Shown: in pieces, positions 18,441 to 27,882 of the stretch
How the letters are laid out: each line of letters opens with the position of its first letter
How positions within the stretch are numbered: position 1 is the first letter of the stretch
NCBI GenBank assembly: GCA_039714255.1
Contig: JBDLJQ010000005.1
Span: 11,914 to 75,913 of the forward strand
DNA from: Acidobacteriota bacterium
GTDB lineage: Bacteria > Acidobacteriota > Aminicenantia > UBA2199
Reading direction: 5' to 3'
Length of the DNA stretch: 64,000 bases
Position numbers and translations under genes: made by a program
Notes under the pieces: model-generated
Told to the model about the DNA's origin: nothing
Database searches by the model: none
The model's input: only the letters and a program-made list of their open reading frames with translations

Positions 18441-19189
18441 AATTTAAAGCCTTAATATCATTTTTAGCATTCCTGCTGATCTTATTTATTATAGTTCCAA
18501 TGTTCAAACTTATATCAGGAGCTGATCCGGGAATAATGAATGAAACTATCAGTGATCCTGAAGTTACGGGATCAATATTTTTAACCCTCAGAGCTTCATT
18601 GTGGGCAACAATATTTGCATTATTCACCGGAATTCCTCTGGCCTGGGTCATTGTGAGGAAAGATTTTCCGGGGAAAAAAATATTGGAGGGTTTGATCGAC
18701 CTCCCTGTTATTATCCCCCATACAGCTGCCGGGATCGCACTTTTGTCAGCCTGGGGAAGGAATTCTTTTTTTACAAAAATGACGGGTTTGACTTTACCCG
18801 GAACGGAAGCTGCAATATCGATAGCAATGTTTTTTGTATCTGTCCCTTTCCTGGTGAACTCTGTAAAGAACGGCCTGAAATTAGTGGATTCAAGATATGA
18901 AAAAACAGCAAGAACACTCGGTGCAACTGAGGCACAGGCATTTTTTCGAATAACCCTTCCGATGATAAAAAAGTCAATTTTATCAGGCTCTATAATGATG
19001 TGGGGAAGGGGCATATCAGAGTTTGGTGCTGTGATAATACTTGCATACCATCCGAAAACAGCACCGGTCCTTATATTTGAAAGGTTCCAGAATTTCGGGT
19101 TGAAATATGCTATCCCGGTTACGGTTCTAATGGTGGTTATCAGCCTTCTTATCTTTATTATCACCCGTATGTTCGAGGGGAGGAAGTAA
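18437..19189 (+). CDS. wtpB: Tungstate/molybdate ABC transporter permease
   Basis: DLPVIIPHTAAGIALL, EAA-like loop ARTLGA, WGRGISEFGA. Confidence 0.88.
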   Translation: MKFKALISFLAFLLILFIIVPMFKLISGADPGIMNETISDPEVTGSIFLTLRASLWATIFALFTGIPLAWVIVRKDFPGKKILEGLIDLPVIIPHTAAGIALLSAWGRNSFFTKMTGLTLPGTEAAISIAMFFVSVPFLVNSVKNGLKLVDSRYEKTARTLGATEAQAFFRITLPMIKKSILSGSIMMWGRGISEFGAVIILAYHPKTAPVLIFERFQNFGLKYAIPVTVLMVVISLLIFIITRMFEGRK

Positions 19190-19190
19190 A

Positions 19191-20204
19191 ATGCCTGTAA
19201 CCCTCAAAAATGTCGGTAAAAAACTGAAGGGATTTGAATTAAAAGAGGTTGACCTGAATATCAGGGATGGAGAATATTTTGTCCTTCTCGGCCCCAGCGG
19301 ATCGGGGAAAACAAAAACCATTGAAATAATATCCGGCCTCGAAAAACCTGACTCAGGTTTGATATCAGGAGTTGAGGGGAAAAATATAGGTTTTATCTAT
19401 CAGGACTATATGCTGTTCCCCCATATGAGTGTGTTTGAAAATATTTCTTTCGGCCTCAAGGTCAGAAAGTTACCTGCAGATGAAATAAAAAATAAAGTGA
19501 TGTCTGTTGCAGAGATCTTTGATATAACCCCCCTGCTTGATAAAAATGTAAAGAACCTCTCCGGCGGGGAAAAACAGAGGGTAGCTATCGCAAGGGCCAT
19601 GGTAATTTCTCCTGATATTTATATCCTTGATGAACCCACATCTGCCCTGGACAGGAATCTGAAAGTAAAGACCCAGTCTCTGTTCAGGGGCCTCCATAAA
19701 GATACAAAAAAAATATTCATTCATGTTACCCACGATTTTGAGGTTGCTCTTGCACTTGGCGACAGGATCGCAATAATTTTTAACGGTGAGATCGTTCAGG
19801 CCGGAACCCCGGATGAGATATTTTCTGCACCGGTTTCAAAAGATGTTGCTGATTTTCTCGGTTATAGAAATGTTATCAGGGGAAGTATTGTTGACAATAT
19901 GTTCAGGCTGAACGGAGTTTCAATTGCAGTGCCGGAGCAGGAAGCATCCCTTGCCTATATTGCGATAAGATCGGATGATATTTTCCTTTCAAAAAAAGAG
20001 ATAAGTTCATCAGCAAGGAACTCTTTTTTCGGAGTTGTTGCCGGTATTGTTCATAAACCCTCCTCCATTGAGATAATACTTGATATAGGTTTCAGGTTGA
20101 AAGTGGATATTACCAGAAAATCCCTGCTGGAAATGGGAATAAAAGAAGGTGATAAATTGTGGGCTACATTTAAAGTTTCATCAATAAAGGTTTTTAAGCA
20201 TTAA
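19191..20204 (+). CDS. wtpC: Tungstate/molybdate ABC transporter ATPase with C-terminal TOBE domain
   Basis: GPSGSGKT, LSGGEKQR, LDEP, HVTHD; C-terminal SSARN...ITRKS..EMGI TOBE. Confidence 0.88.
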   Translation: MPVTLKNVGKKLKGFELKEVDLNIRDGEYFVLLGPSGSGKTKTIEIISGLEKPDSGLISGVEGKNIGFIYQDYMLFPHMSVFENISFGLKVRKLPADEIKNKVMSVAEIFDITPLLDKNVKNLSGGEKQRVAIARAMVISPDIYILDEPTSALDRNLKVKTQSLFRGLHKDTKKIFIHVTHDFEVALALGDRIAIIFNGEIVQAGTPDEIFSAPVSKDVADFLGYRNVIRGSIVDNMFRLNGVSIAVPEQEASLAYIAIRSDDIFLSKKEISSSARNSFFGVVAGIVHKPSSIEIILDIGFRLKVDITRKSLLEMGIKEGDKLWATFKVSSIKVFKH

Positions 20205-20218
20205 GGAAAGGTAAAAAA

Positions 20219-21391
20219 ATGATACTTTTAGAAGACGCATTAAAAAAAACAAAAGAAAATATCAGGATCCTCGGTTTTGAAGATGTCCCTGTTTCTGATT
20301 CTCCCGGGAGGATCCTGGGTGAAGATATCTGTTCAGGAATAGAGATGCCTCCTTTTAACAAATCTGCAATGGACGGGTATGCAGTGAGTTCATCTGATAA
20401 TAGAGAAAAATATGAAATAGTTGAAATTATCGCTGCGGGAAAATTTCCCGAAAAGGAGTTAAAGCCAGGCCAGTGTTCAAAGATCATGACAGGAGCACCG
20501 CTTCCGAAAGGAGCAGACAGAGTAATTAAGGTTGAGGTTACCGAAGAGAAAGGCAATTTTATGTTCATCAAAGGTGAAGATAAAAGTTTTAATGTATGTT
20601 TTCGGGGTGAAGATATCAAAAGGGGAGACCTCATTCTTAAAAAAGGCACTAAGATCAGGCCACCTGAAACCGGGATTATAGCCTCTGTTGGAATTCCTGT
20701 AATTAAGGTTTTTAAAAGGCCTGTTGTTTCAGTGATAGCAACAGGTTCGGAAATTGTTGAACCCGGAAATAAACTGGAACCGGGAAATATTTATAACAGT
20801 AATGGTTATTCTGTTTCAGCTCAGGTAAAAAGTACCGGCTCTTTATTAAATTTTTCAGGTATTATAAAAGATGATTTTAATACTATAAAAAATTCTATTA
20901 GTTCTCTGTTGGAAACATCTGATATTGTTGTTATTTCCGGAGGAGTTTCCATGGGAGATTATGATTTTGTCCCCGGAATTATAAAGGAACTCGGTATCAC
21001 AATTTATTTTAATAAGGTTGCGATACAGCCGGGAAAACCTACCCTTTTCGGTACAGGCAAAGGTAAAGTGGTATTTGGCCTTCCGGGAAATCCGGTATCA
21101 ACATTTGTGATCTTTGAGGTTTTCCTGAGATCATTTCTCTATGGAATGATGGGGTATGAATACTCTCCTGTCCATATGAAAGGGGAGCTGAAAAAAGATT
21201 TTAAAAGAAAGAAAACAGAGCGTGATCTTTTTATCCCGGTCTTATATGAAGATGGAGGCCTGGTTGATATTGTGGACTATCACGGATCGGCTCATCTTAA
21301 TTCCCTGGGCAGTGCAAACGGGCTTCTGAAAGTTCCCAGAGGAGAAAAGGAAATATTAAAAGGAACGGTGGTTAATGTTAGACAATTTTAA
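20219..21391 (+). CDS. moeA: Molybdopterin molybdotransferase
   Basis: PPFNKSAMDGYA, IMTGAPLP.GAD, SGGVSMGDYD, QPGKP and GLPGNPVS motifs. Confidence 0.95.
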   Translation: MILLEDALKKTKENIRILGFEDVPVSDSPGRILGEDICSGIEMPPFNKSAMDGYAVSSSDNREKYEIVEIIAAGKFPEKELKPGQCSKIMTGAPLPKGADRVIKVEVTEEKGNFMFIKGEDKSFNVCFRGEDIKRGDLILKKGTKIRPPETGIIASVGIPVIKVFKRPVVSVIATGSEIVEPGNKLEPGNIYNSNGYSVSAQVKSTGSLLNFSGIIKDDFNTIKNSISSLLETSDIVVISGGVSMGDYDFVPGIIKELGITIYFNKVAIQPGKPTLFGTGKGKVVFGLPGNPVSTFVIFEVFLRSFLYGMMGYEYSPVHMKGELKKDFKRKKTERDLFIPVLYEDGGLVDIVDYHGSAHLNSLGSANGLLKVPRGEKEILKGTVVNVRQF

Positions 21392-22181
21392 AAGGGAGAT
21401 AAATTATCTGCGGATATCAGTAACCGACAGGTGCAACCTGAGGTGCAGTTATTGTATGCCGGAAGAGGGGATCAGGCTAAAAAAACATGAAGATATCCTG
21501 ACCTATGAAAAAATAATTAAAGTAGTTGAAGCAGCAGTTGAGATCGGAATCACAAAGATCAGGTTAACCGGAGGTGAACCGCTTGTGAGGAAAGATATAG
21601 TCTCTCTTGTTGAAGGGATAAAAAATATCAAAGGTGTAAAGGAACTAGCTATGACCACTAATGGTGTTTTTTTAAAAGGTTTAGCTGTTACTTTGAAAAA
21701 GAATGGCCTGGACAGAGTTAATATATCCCTTGATACTCTTGATCCGAAAAAATATAAAGATCTGGTAAAGAGGGAGACAATAGATAAAGTTCTGGAAGGG
21801 ATAGATTCGGTTATTGAGGCCGGATTTAAAAATACAAAAATTAATATGGTATTGATCCCGGGTTTTAATGATGATGAGGTGGAAAACATGAAAAAATTCT
21901 GCCTTGATAAAGGATTAAAACTTCAAAGGATAAATCACTATTCACTATCTGACATAAATAGTATAAACAGAAAATATAAAGCTGAAAGGCCCCTTGTGTG
22001 TTCAGTGTGTAACAGGATAAGGTTAACTGCTGATGGAAAATTAAAACCTTGCCTTTTTTCAGACAGGGAAATTGATCTTGATGCCGTTGATATAATCGAA
22101 AGCCTGAAAAGTGCTGTCCTTGCAAAACCAAAAAGCGGATCTTCGAATAATTCACGGGGAAACTGGGAGATCGGAGGGTGA
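21375..22181 (+). CDS. moaA: GTP 3',8-cyclase (radical SAM), compact form
   Basis: YLRISVTDRCNLRCSYCMP, RLTGGEP, CSVCNRIRLTADGKLKPCL, C-terminal IGG. Confidence 0.93.
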   Translation: MLDNFKREINYLRISVTDRCNLRCSYCMPEEGIRLKKHEDILTYEKIIKVVEAAVEIGITKIRLTGGEPLVRKDIVSLVEGIKNIKGVKELAMTTNGVFLKGLAVTLKKNGLDRVNISLDTLDPKKYKDLVKRETIDKVLEGIDSVIEAGFKNTKINMVLIPGFNDDEVENMKKFCLDKGLKLQRINHYSLSDINSINRKYKAERPLVCSVCNRIRLTADGKLKPCLFSDREIDLDAVDIIESLKSAVLAKPKSGSSNNSRGNWEIGG

Positions 22182-22250
22182 TCCTTATGGAAGATCTTTT
22201 ATTGAATAGATATTTGAATTTTATTAAAATCAGTTTAAAGAGGTGAAAAA

Positions 22251-22700
22251 ATGGAATTGACACATGTTGATAAGTATGGAAGGGCCGATATGGTGGATAT
22301 AAGCTCCAAAGATGTTATTCACCGGGAAGCGGAGGCTTCGGGAAAGATATTTCTCGATCCCGGGACACTGGACCTTATAAAAAATAATCTTATTAAAAAA
22401 GGAGATGTACTTTCTGTAGCCCGGATCGCAGGGATCGGTGGTGCAAAAAAAACCTCAGAACTGATCCCCCTCTGCCATAATATTCCCATTAATAAGATAG
22501 ATGTTGATTTTGAAATGGAAAAGGACGGGATCAGAATAACTTCAACTGCAGTTTGCGATGCAAAGACAGGTATTGAAATGGAGGCAATTACGGCAGTCTC
22601 AATTGCCGCATTAACGATATATGATATGTGTAAAGCTGTTGATAAAAATATGAAAATTTCTAACATTTTTATTACGGAGAAAAGAAAAAATGAAGTTTAA
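22251..22700 (+). CDS. moaC: Cyclic pyranopterin monophosphate synthase
   Basis: LTHVD..G.A.MVD, KKGDVL, LIPLCH, TGIEMEA and IYDMCKAVD motifs. Confidence 0.96.
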   Translation: MELTHVDKYGRADMVDISSKDVIHREAEASGKIFLDPGTLDLIKNNLIKKGDVLSVARIAGIGGAKKTSELIPLCHNIPINKIDVDFEMEKDGIRITSTAVCDAKTGIEMEAITAVSIAALTIYDMCKAVDKNMKISNIFITEKRKNEV

Positions 22701-23130
22701 AATAGAGTCAGTAAATATTTCAGAAAAAAAAGGGGTACAGAAACATCCTGTTGATGTCATTAATCTGATCGAATCTTATGGGATAGAAGGAGATGCACAT
22801 GCAGGAAAATGGCACAGACAGATCTCATTTCTTGCCGGTGAAGCTATAGATTCAATGAGAGAACGGGCTGGTGATTTTAAAATAAATTATGGAGATTTTG
22901 CTGAAAACATTGTGACACGAGGAATTAACTGGAAAGATGTAAAGGTAGGGGGAATGATCCATATTAATGATGTTGTTATGGAAATTACACAGATCGGGAA
23001 AGAATGTCATTCAGGATGTGCGATATTAGCTGCAGTAGGGGATTGTATAATGCCCAGGGAGGGGATCTTTGCAAAAGTTATCAAAGGAGGAAAAATAAGT
23101 GCTGAAAATAGCGGTCATTACAGCATCTGA
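22690..23130 (+). CDS. MOSC domain protein
   Basis: GIEGDAHAG.WHRQIS, GDFAENI, TQIGKECH..C.I...GDCIMPREG.F. Confidence 0.88.
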   Translation: MKFKIESVNISEKKGVQKHPVDVINLIESYGIEGDAHAGKWHRQISFLAGEAIDSMRERAGDFKINYGDFAENIVTRGINWKDVKVGGMIHINDVVMEITQIGKECHSGCAILAAVGDCIMPREGIFAKVIKGGKISAENSGHYSI

Positions 23131-23569
23131 CAGGGCATTCCGGGGAGAGTATGAAGACAGATCCGGCCCGAAAATAGTAGAGATAATAAACAAGAGCGGC
23201 CTTGATGCTGAGGTAAGCCTTTATCTGGTCCCTGATGAAAAAGATAGTTTGAAAAGTGAAATAGAGTATCATCTTGACAAAGATTATATTATTACAACCG
23301 GCGGTACCGGAATTTCTGAAAGGGATATTACTCCTGAAGTTACAAAAATGTTATGTGATACTGAATTACCGGGAGTATCGGAAATGTTAAGGCTGGAATC
23401 ATATAAAGAAACCAGGAATGCAGTTTTTTCGAGAGGATATTGCGGTATCAGGGGGAAAACCATTATTGTAAACTTTCCCGGGTCAGTAAAGGCTGTAACA
23501 TTATGCACAAAATTGATGCTTCCTGTACTCGAACATGGGAAAAAAATGCTGTATGGTGAAAAACACTGA
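23099..23569 (+). CDS. mog: Molybdopterin adenylyltransferase (MogA/MoaB family)
   Basis: TASDR..GEYEDRSGP, TTGGTG..RDITPE and NFPGS motifs. Confidence 0.9.
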   Translation: MLKIAVITASDRAFRGEYEDRSGPKIVEIINKSGLDAEVSLYLVPDEKDSLKSEIEYHLDKDYIITTGGTGISERDITPEVTKMLCDTELPGVSEMLRLESYKETRNAVFSRGYCGIRGKTIIVNFPGSVKAVTLCTKLMLPVLEHGKKMLYGEKH

Positions 23570-23626
23570 AAAATTTTCATAATATTTACTTTACATAATT
23601 GTTATAATTTTATAAAATTAAGATAA

Positions 23627-24808
23627 ATGTTAAAGAAAATTATTATTGCAGATATTGATAGCTCAGTTTCGGGCTCTTTAAAAACGTTCTGTAATCCATC
23701 GAAGGTTGAAGTGAACCTCTATTCCGGTGGAGAAGAAATTCTGCCGATGCTTGGACTTGAAGACCCGGTACTTGTTTTTCTAAGTCTTGATCTTCCTGAT
23801 GTAAATGACTTTGTGGCGTTTGATATTTTAAAAAGATGCAGTGGAAGCCCTTCTCCGGGAATGTATATATTATATTCAGAAGAATCGGAAATCTTGCTGA
23901 ACTCTGTTATGAAATTGAAATTCAAGGCTGATGGATATTTGAAAAAACCTGTGGATAAATCTGATCTTTCGGAAATTATTAAAAAGAACCTGAGTAGTGA
24001 TTGCTATCTTATCCCTTCAGACCTGACTATGAAAGATATTCTCGGGGATGATGATATTCTTGACCTGGGAGAAGTAGAAGAGGTAAAGGAACCTGAAATG
24101 GAATCAGATGACATATTTGTCGAAAATATTCCTGTTGTTGAGGAACATAATGATCCGGGTACCAGGGAAGATATAAAAAAAAATACAGAAAGGTCCCTTG
24201 ATGAAGTCCCGGATCTCAATGAACCCGGTCTTCCGGAGGACTCCCCTTTTGAGATCAATGGTGGGAATTCAGAAGAACCACTATTTAAAATAGAAGAAGA
24301 TTTTGCAGAAGAGGAAGATACAATATTTCAGGTTGATGAAAAACCTGAAATGAAATTGGAACTTGAAAAAACTGTAAATGAATTTAAAGAAAAAGAAGAT
24401 GGATCCGGGGAAGAGAAAGATACAATATTCCTGGTTGATGAAAAACCTGATATGAAAGAGGAACTGGATAAGCTTGAAAGTGAATTAAAAGAAAAAGAAG
24501 AAGAATTTAATAAAGAGAAGAAAAAACTTTTAAGAGAACTGGAAACATCAGAATTAAAACTTGAAAAGAATGATAAAGAAAAAGAAGTATTTAGTGAAGA
24601 GAAGAAAAAACTTTTAAGAGAGCTGGAAACATCAGAATTAAAACTTGAAGAGAAAGATAAAGAAAAAGAAGAGTTTAAAAACAAACTTGAAACAATGTCA
24701 GAAGATTATGAAAAGAAAATGGAAGAAATGGATACAAAGTATAAAAGTAAATTGAGAAAATTTGAAAATTTATTAAAAAAATCGCTTGATGAGATAAATG
24801 AAGATTAA
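23627..24808 (+). CDS. Pseudo-receiver domain protein with an acidic linker and C-terminal coiled coil
   Basis: REC-like N-terminus (IIIADID, LVFLSLDLP, ADGYLKKPV), D/E-rich linker, E/K-rich repeat tail. Confidence 0.75.
   Translation: MLKKIIIADIDSSVSGSLKTFCNPSKVEVNLYSGGEEILPMLGLEDPVLVFLSLDLPDVNDFVAFDILKRCSGSPSPGMYILYSEESEILLNSVMKLKFKADGYLKKPVDKSDLSEIIKKNLSSDCYLIPSDLTMKDILGDDDILDLGEVEEVKEPEMESDDIFVENIPVVEEHNDPGTREDIKKNTERSLDEVPDLNEPGLPEDSPFEINGGNSEEPLFKIEEDFAEEEDTIFQVDEKPEMKLELEKTVNEFKEKEDGSGEEKDTIFLVDEKPDMKEELDKLESELKEKEEEFNKEKKKLLRELETSELKLEKNDKEKEVFSEEKKKLLRELETSELKLEEKDKEKEEFKNKLETMSEDYEKKMEEMDTKYKSKLRKFENLLKKSLDEINED
24515..24682 (+). repeat. 84-bp (28-aa) intragenic tandem duplication
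   Basis: GAGAAGAAAAAACTTTTAAGAGA.CTGGAAACATCAGAATTAAAACTTGAA occurs at 24515 and 24599 (EKKKLLRELETSELKLE twice). A second imperfect repeat (DTIF.VDEKP.MK) lies upstream. Confidence 0.85.
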
Positions 24809-24814
24809 CCTGTT

Positions 24815-26335
24815 ATGAAATTTACTGGATTTGATTTTACTGAAAATATTCTAAAAGGATTAAAGAAAGTTAATTATATTGATTGTACACCTGTTCAGGA
24901 AAAAACCTTTCTCCATTCATTAAAGGGAAGAGATATTTATGTGCAATCTCAGACCGGAACGGGGAAAACAGCAGCTTTTTTACTGACAATATTTAATAAT
25001 TTTGAGAGTAAAAAAATTAATTTTAATAATAAAGCTCTTATTGTTGCTCCAACCAGAGAACTGGCAGTTCAAATTGAAAAAGAAGCCAAACTTTTGAGTT
25101 CTTTTCTGAATCTGAGGATAGGATGTTTTTATGGAGGAGTAGGGTATAAAAATCAGGAGGATCTCCTGGATAAAGGGGTTGATATAATAATTGGTACTCC
25201 CGGCAGGCTCCTCGATTTTCAAAACAAAAGAAAAATAGATCTTAAAGAAATAGGTTATTTTGTTATTGATGAAGCAGACAGGCTTTTTGATATGGGGTTT
25301 TTCCCTGATATTAGAAAAATGATGAGGAAAATGGTTCCATATTTTAAAAGGCAGACAATGTTATTTTCCGCTACCCTTAACATAAATGTGAAACAGATGG
25401 CCTGGGAATATATGAACAGCCCTGAAAGTATAGAAATATCCCCGGAAAAGATAACTGTTGAAAACATTGACCAGAAAATATTTCATGTAGGTAAGAAAGA
25501 AAAAATAAACCTTCTTCTCGGAATATTAAATAGTGAACTGCCCAGGAATGCTCTTATTTTTACCAACACTAAACATGTAGCAGTTAAGGTATCCAAATAT
25601 CTTTCCCACAATGGTAAAAAATGTCAATATCTTATCGGAGATCTTCCTCAGAATAAACGTCTTGCCATAATTAATGATTTTAAGTCAGGCAGAACAAACC
25701 TTCTGGTTGCTACAGATGTTGCTGCCCGGGGGTTGCATGTTGATGACCTTGAACTTGTTGTAAATTATGACCTGCCCGGTGATAGTGAGAATTATGTTCA
25801 TAGAATAGGAAGGACAGCAAGAGCCGGGAAAAGTGGAAAAGCTGTTGCTCTTGCCTGCGAAGATTATATTTATAACCTTGATGCTATTGAAAAGTTTATT
25901 GACCATAAGATCCCTGTGGGGTTCGCAGATGATGATCTGTATGAAAAGATTGGAAATATCCCCAAAATTGACAATTATAGAGGGAAAAACTTAAAAAAAC
26001 CTTCAGGTTCCGGAAGAAAGAAAAACATTAAGAATATAAAAGGTAAAGCTGTACACTCAAAAAGTATGGAAGATAGAGCGAAAAGTGAAGAAAAAAGAAA
26101 GGGTAAATATAAAAAATCTCCGGAGAAACCGAAAAAACAGATCCCTCAAAGGCCTGCAAAAAGTAAAATTGAGGCCAGGAAAAAACCTGTAAATAAAATG
26201 AATGAAGAAGAACGGATGGAATATTATAAAAAGAAATATGGAGATGATTTTAAAATAACCGAAGAAAAAGGAAAAAAGAAAAGAGACAGATCATTCTTTA
26301 AAAAAGTATCCTCGATCTTTAAAAAGAAAAATTAA
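24815..26335 (+). CDS. DEAD-box RNA helicase (RhlB/RhlE-like) with a basic tail
   Basis: Q motif, QTGTGKT, PTRELA, TPGR, DEAD, SAT, ARGLH and HRIGRTAR motifs. Confidence 0.95.
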   Translation: MKFTGFDFTENILKGLKKVNYIDCTPVQEKTFLHSLKGRDIYVQSQTGTGKTAAFLLTIFNNFESKKINFNNKALIVAPTRELAVQIEKEAKLLSSFLNLRIGCFYGGVGYKNQEDLLDKGVDIIIGTPGRLLDFQNKRKIDLKEIGYFVIDEADRLFDMGFFPDIRKMMRKMVPYFKRQTMLFSATLNINVKQMAWEYMNSPESIEISPEKITVENIDQKIFHVGKKEKINLLLGILNSELPRNALIFTNTKHVAVKVSKYLSHNGKKCQYLIGDLPQNKRLAIINDFKSGRTNLLVATDVAARGLHVDDLELVVNYDLPGDSENYVHRIGRTARAGKSGKAVALACEDYIYNLDAIEKFIDHKIPVGFADDDLYEKIGNIPKIDNYRGKNLKKPSGSGRKKNIKNIKGKAVHSKSMEDRAKSEEKRKGKYKKSPEKPKKQIPQRPAKSKIEARKKPVNKMNEEERMEYYKKKYGDDFKITEEKGKKKRDRSFFKKVSSIFKKKN

Positions 26336-27000
26336 TGAAGATCCTTGCACTGAATGGAAGCCCGAGGAAAAAGGGTAATTCTGCCATTCTCCTTAACCGG
26401 TTTTTAAAAGGCGCAGAATTTTCCGGTGCAGAAACAGATGAAGAGATCATTGAGGATTTGAATATAAGAGGATGTTCAGGATGCCTCAGATGTAATCTTA
26501 TAAAAAGATGTTATATCAGGGATGATTATTGGAACCACCTCAGCAACAAGATAAATAAAGCTGATACCCTTGTTTTTTCAGCTCCGGTCTATTTTCACCA
26601 TTTTCCAGCTAATATTAAAAAAGTTATAGACCGGTTCCGCTCTTTTTTCCATGTGAAAATAACTGAGAACGGACTTATACATACTCCCTGGGAAGTTTGG
26701 AAAAAAAATCTGGTTCTAATTACAAGTATGGGCTCTCCTGATCAAAAAGATGCAAAACCCATGGTTGATCTTTTAAAATTTATGGTAAATGAGATGGGTG
26801 TAAGCAACAGGCTATATGTTCTGGCGGGAACCAGGCTTGCTATTCCCAAGCAGATATCGATGAGCCTTGAAGAACTTGAGATCCTTTATAAAAAACTTGA
26901 TATTCCAGTCTCCCTTGCTGCAGATGATCATATAAGAAATAAAAAACTTTTAAAAAAGAGTTATAACCTGGGCGTTAAATTAGGAAAGAGAACTAAATGA
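26335..27000 (+). CDS. Iron-sulfur flavoprotein (flavodoxin/FMN reductase family)
   Basis: GSPRKKGNS, CSGCLRC.....C and SAPVYF motifs. Confidence 0.85.
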   Translation: MKILALNGSPRKKGNSAILLNRFLKGAEFSGAETDEEIIEDLNIRGCSGCLRCNLIKRCYIRDDYWNHLSNKINKADTLVFSAPVYFHHFPANIKKVIDRFRSFFHVKITENGLIHTPWEVWKKNLVLITSMGSPDQKDAKPMVDLLKFMVNEMGVSNRLYVLAGTRLAIPKQISMSLEELEILYKKLDIPVSLAADDHIRNKKLLKKSYNLGVKLGKRTK

Positions 27001-27830
27001 AGAATCAGGGAAAGAAATTTCCTGCAGCTCTTACTGTTGGTGGTTTTGACCCTGGAAGTGGAGCTGGGGTTATTGCCGATATAAAGACCCTTTCAACTCT
27101 TGGTGTTTACGGGACTTCTGTAATTACATTACTAACGGCACAGAATCACGGGGAATTTTTTGATATTGCAGAAATTGATCCTTCCATGTTCAGGGCACAA
27201 TTAAAAGCAGTTTTTTCCGGATATGAAATAAAAGCGGTAAAAACAGGATTGATAACCCCGGAACTGGCTGAAGATCTGGTTATATTTATGAAAGGCCATA
27301 AAAATATCCCTGTTGTTGCAGATACGGTTTTTTCCTCCACATCCGGAAAACTTTTTGCTGAAAAGGAAAATATTAAAAATATAAAAAGCAGATTTTTACC
27401 TTATACATCCCTGATAACTCCTAACCTTAAAGAAGCTTCTCTCCTTTCCGGTATACCTGTCAGAACCAGAGAAGACATGTTTATTGCAGGAAGGAAACTT
27501 TCCGGAGAATTGAAAGTGCCGGTGCTTATAAAGGGCGGGCATCTGAAACCCTCCGGGAACTCCGAAGGCCGGGTTGTTGATATTCTTTTTTATGAAAAAG
27601 AAGAAGAGTTATTTGAGTCGGAATTTGTAAAGGGAGTAGATACACATGGGTCTGGTTGTATACTTTCCTCTGCAATTACTGCATTTCTTGCGAGGGGTTT
27701 TGAATTGAAAGATTCAATAGGTAAGGCAAAATATTATATGGATGGATTGTTAAATAATCCGGCAGATCTGGAAAAAACCGGGATAATACTCGACCCTCTG
27801 GCAAACTTCAGCCGGAAAAGGGAAAAATAA
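26997..27830 (+). CDS. thiD: Hydroxymethylpyrimidine/phosphomethylpyrimidine kinase
   Basis: GFDPGSGAGVIADIKT, TAQN, KTG, TPN..EA, KGGH and THGSGC motifs. Confidence 0.9.
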   Translation: MKNQGKKFPAALTVGGFDPGSGAGVIADIKTLSTLGVYGTSVITLLTAQNHGEFFDIAEIDPSMFRAQLKAVFSGYEIKAVKTGLITPELAEDLVIFMKGHKNIPVVADTVFSSTSGKLFAEKENIKNIKSRFLPYTSLITPNLKEASLLSGIPVRTREDMFIAGRKLSGELKVPVLIKGGHLKPSGNSEGRVVDILFYEKEEELFESEFVKGVDTHGSGCILSSAITAFLARGFELKDSIGKAKYYMDGLLNNPADLEKTGIILDPLANFSRKREK

Positions 27831-27882
27831 ATTTGAAGCCCCCGGCCACCTAATGGAGGAGAGAATAAAAAAGGAGTTTTAA

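Noticed and set aside
18430-19164. 244-aa antisense ORF, and the many other shadow ORFs such as 31786-32385, 13729-14184 and 62539-62991
   Set aside because: They lie opposite well-supported genes and show no SD or motifs; they are expected codon-bias shadows.
24300-24690. Direct repeats considered as a possible CRISPR array or mobile element
   Set aside because: They are in-frame coding repeats with no unique spacers, and no cas or transposase genes are nearby.
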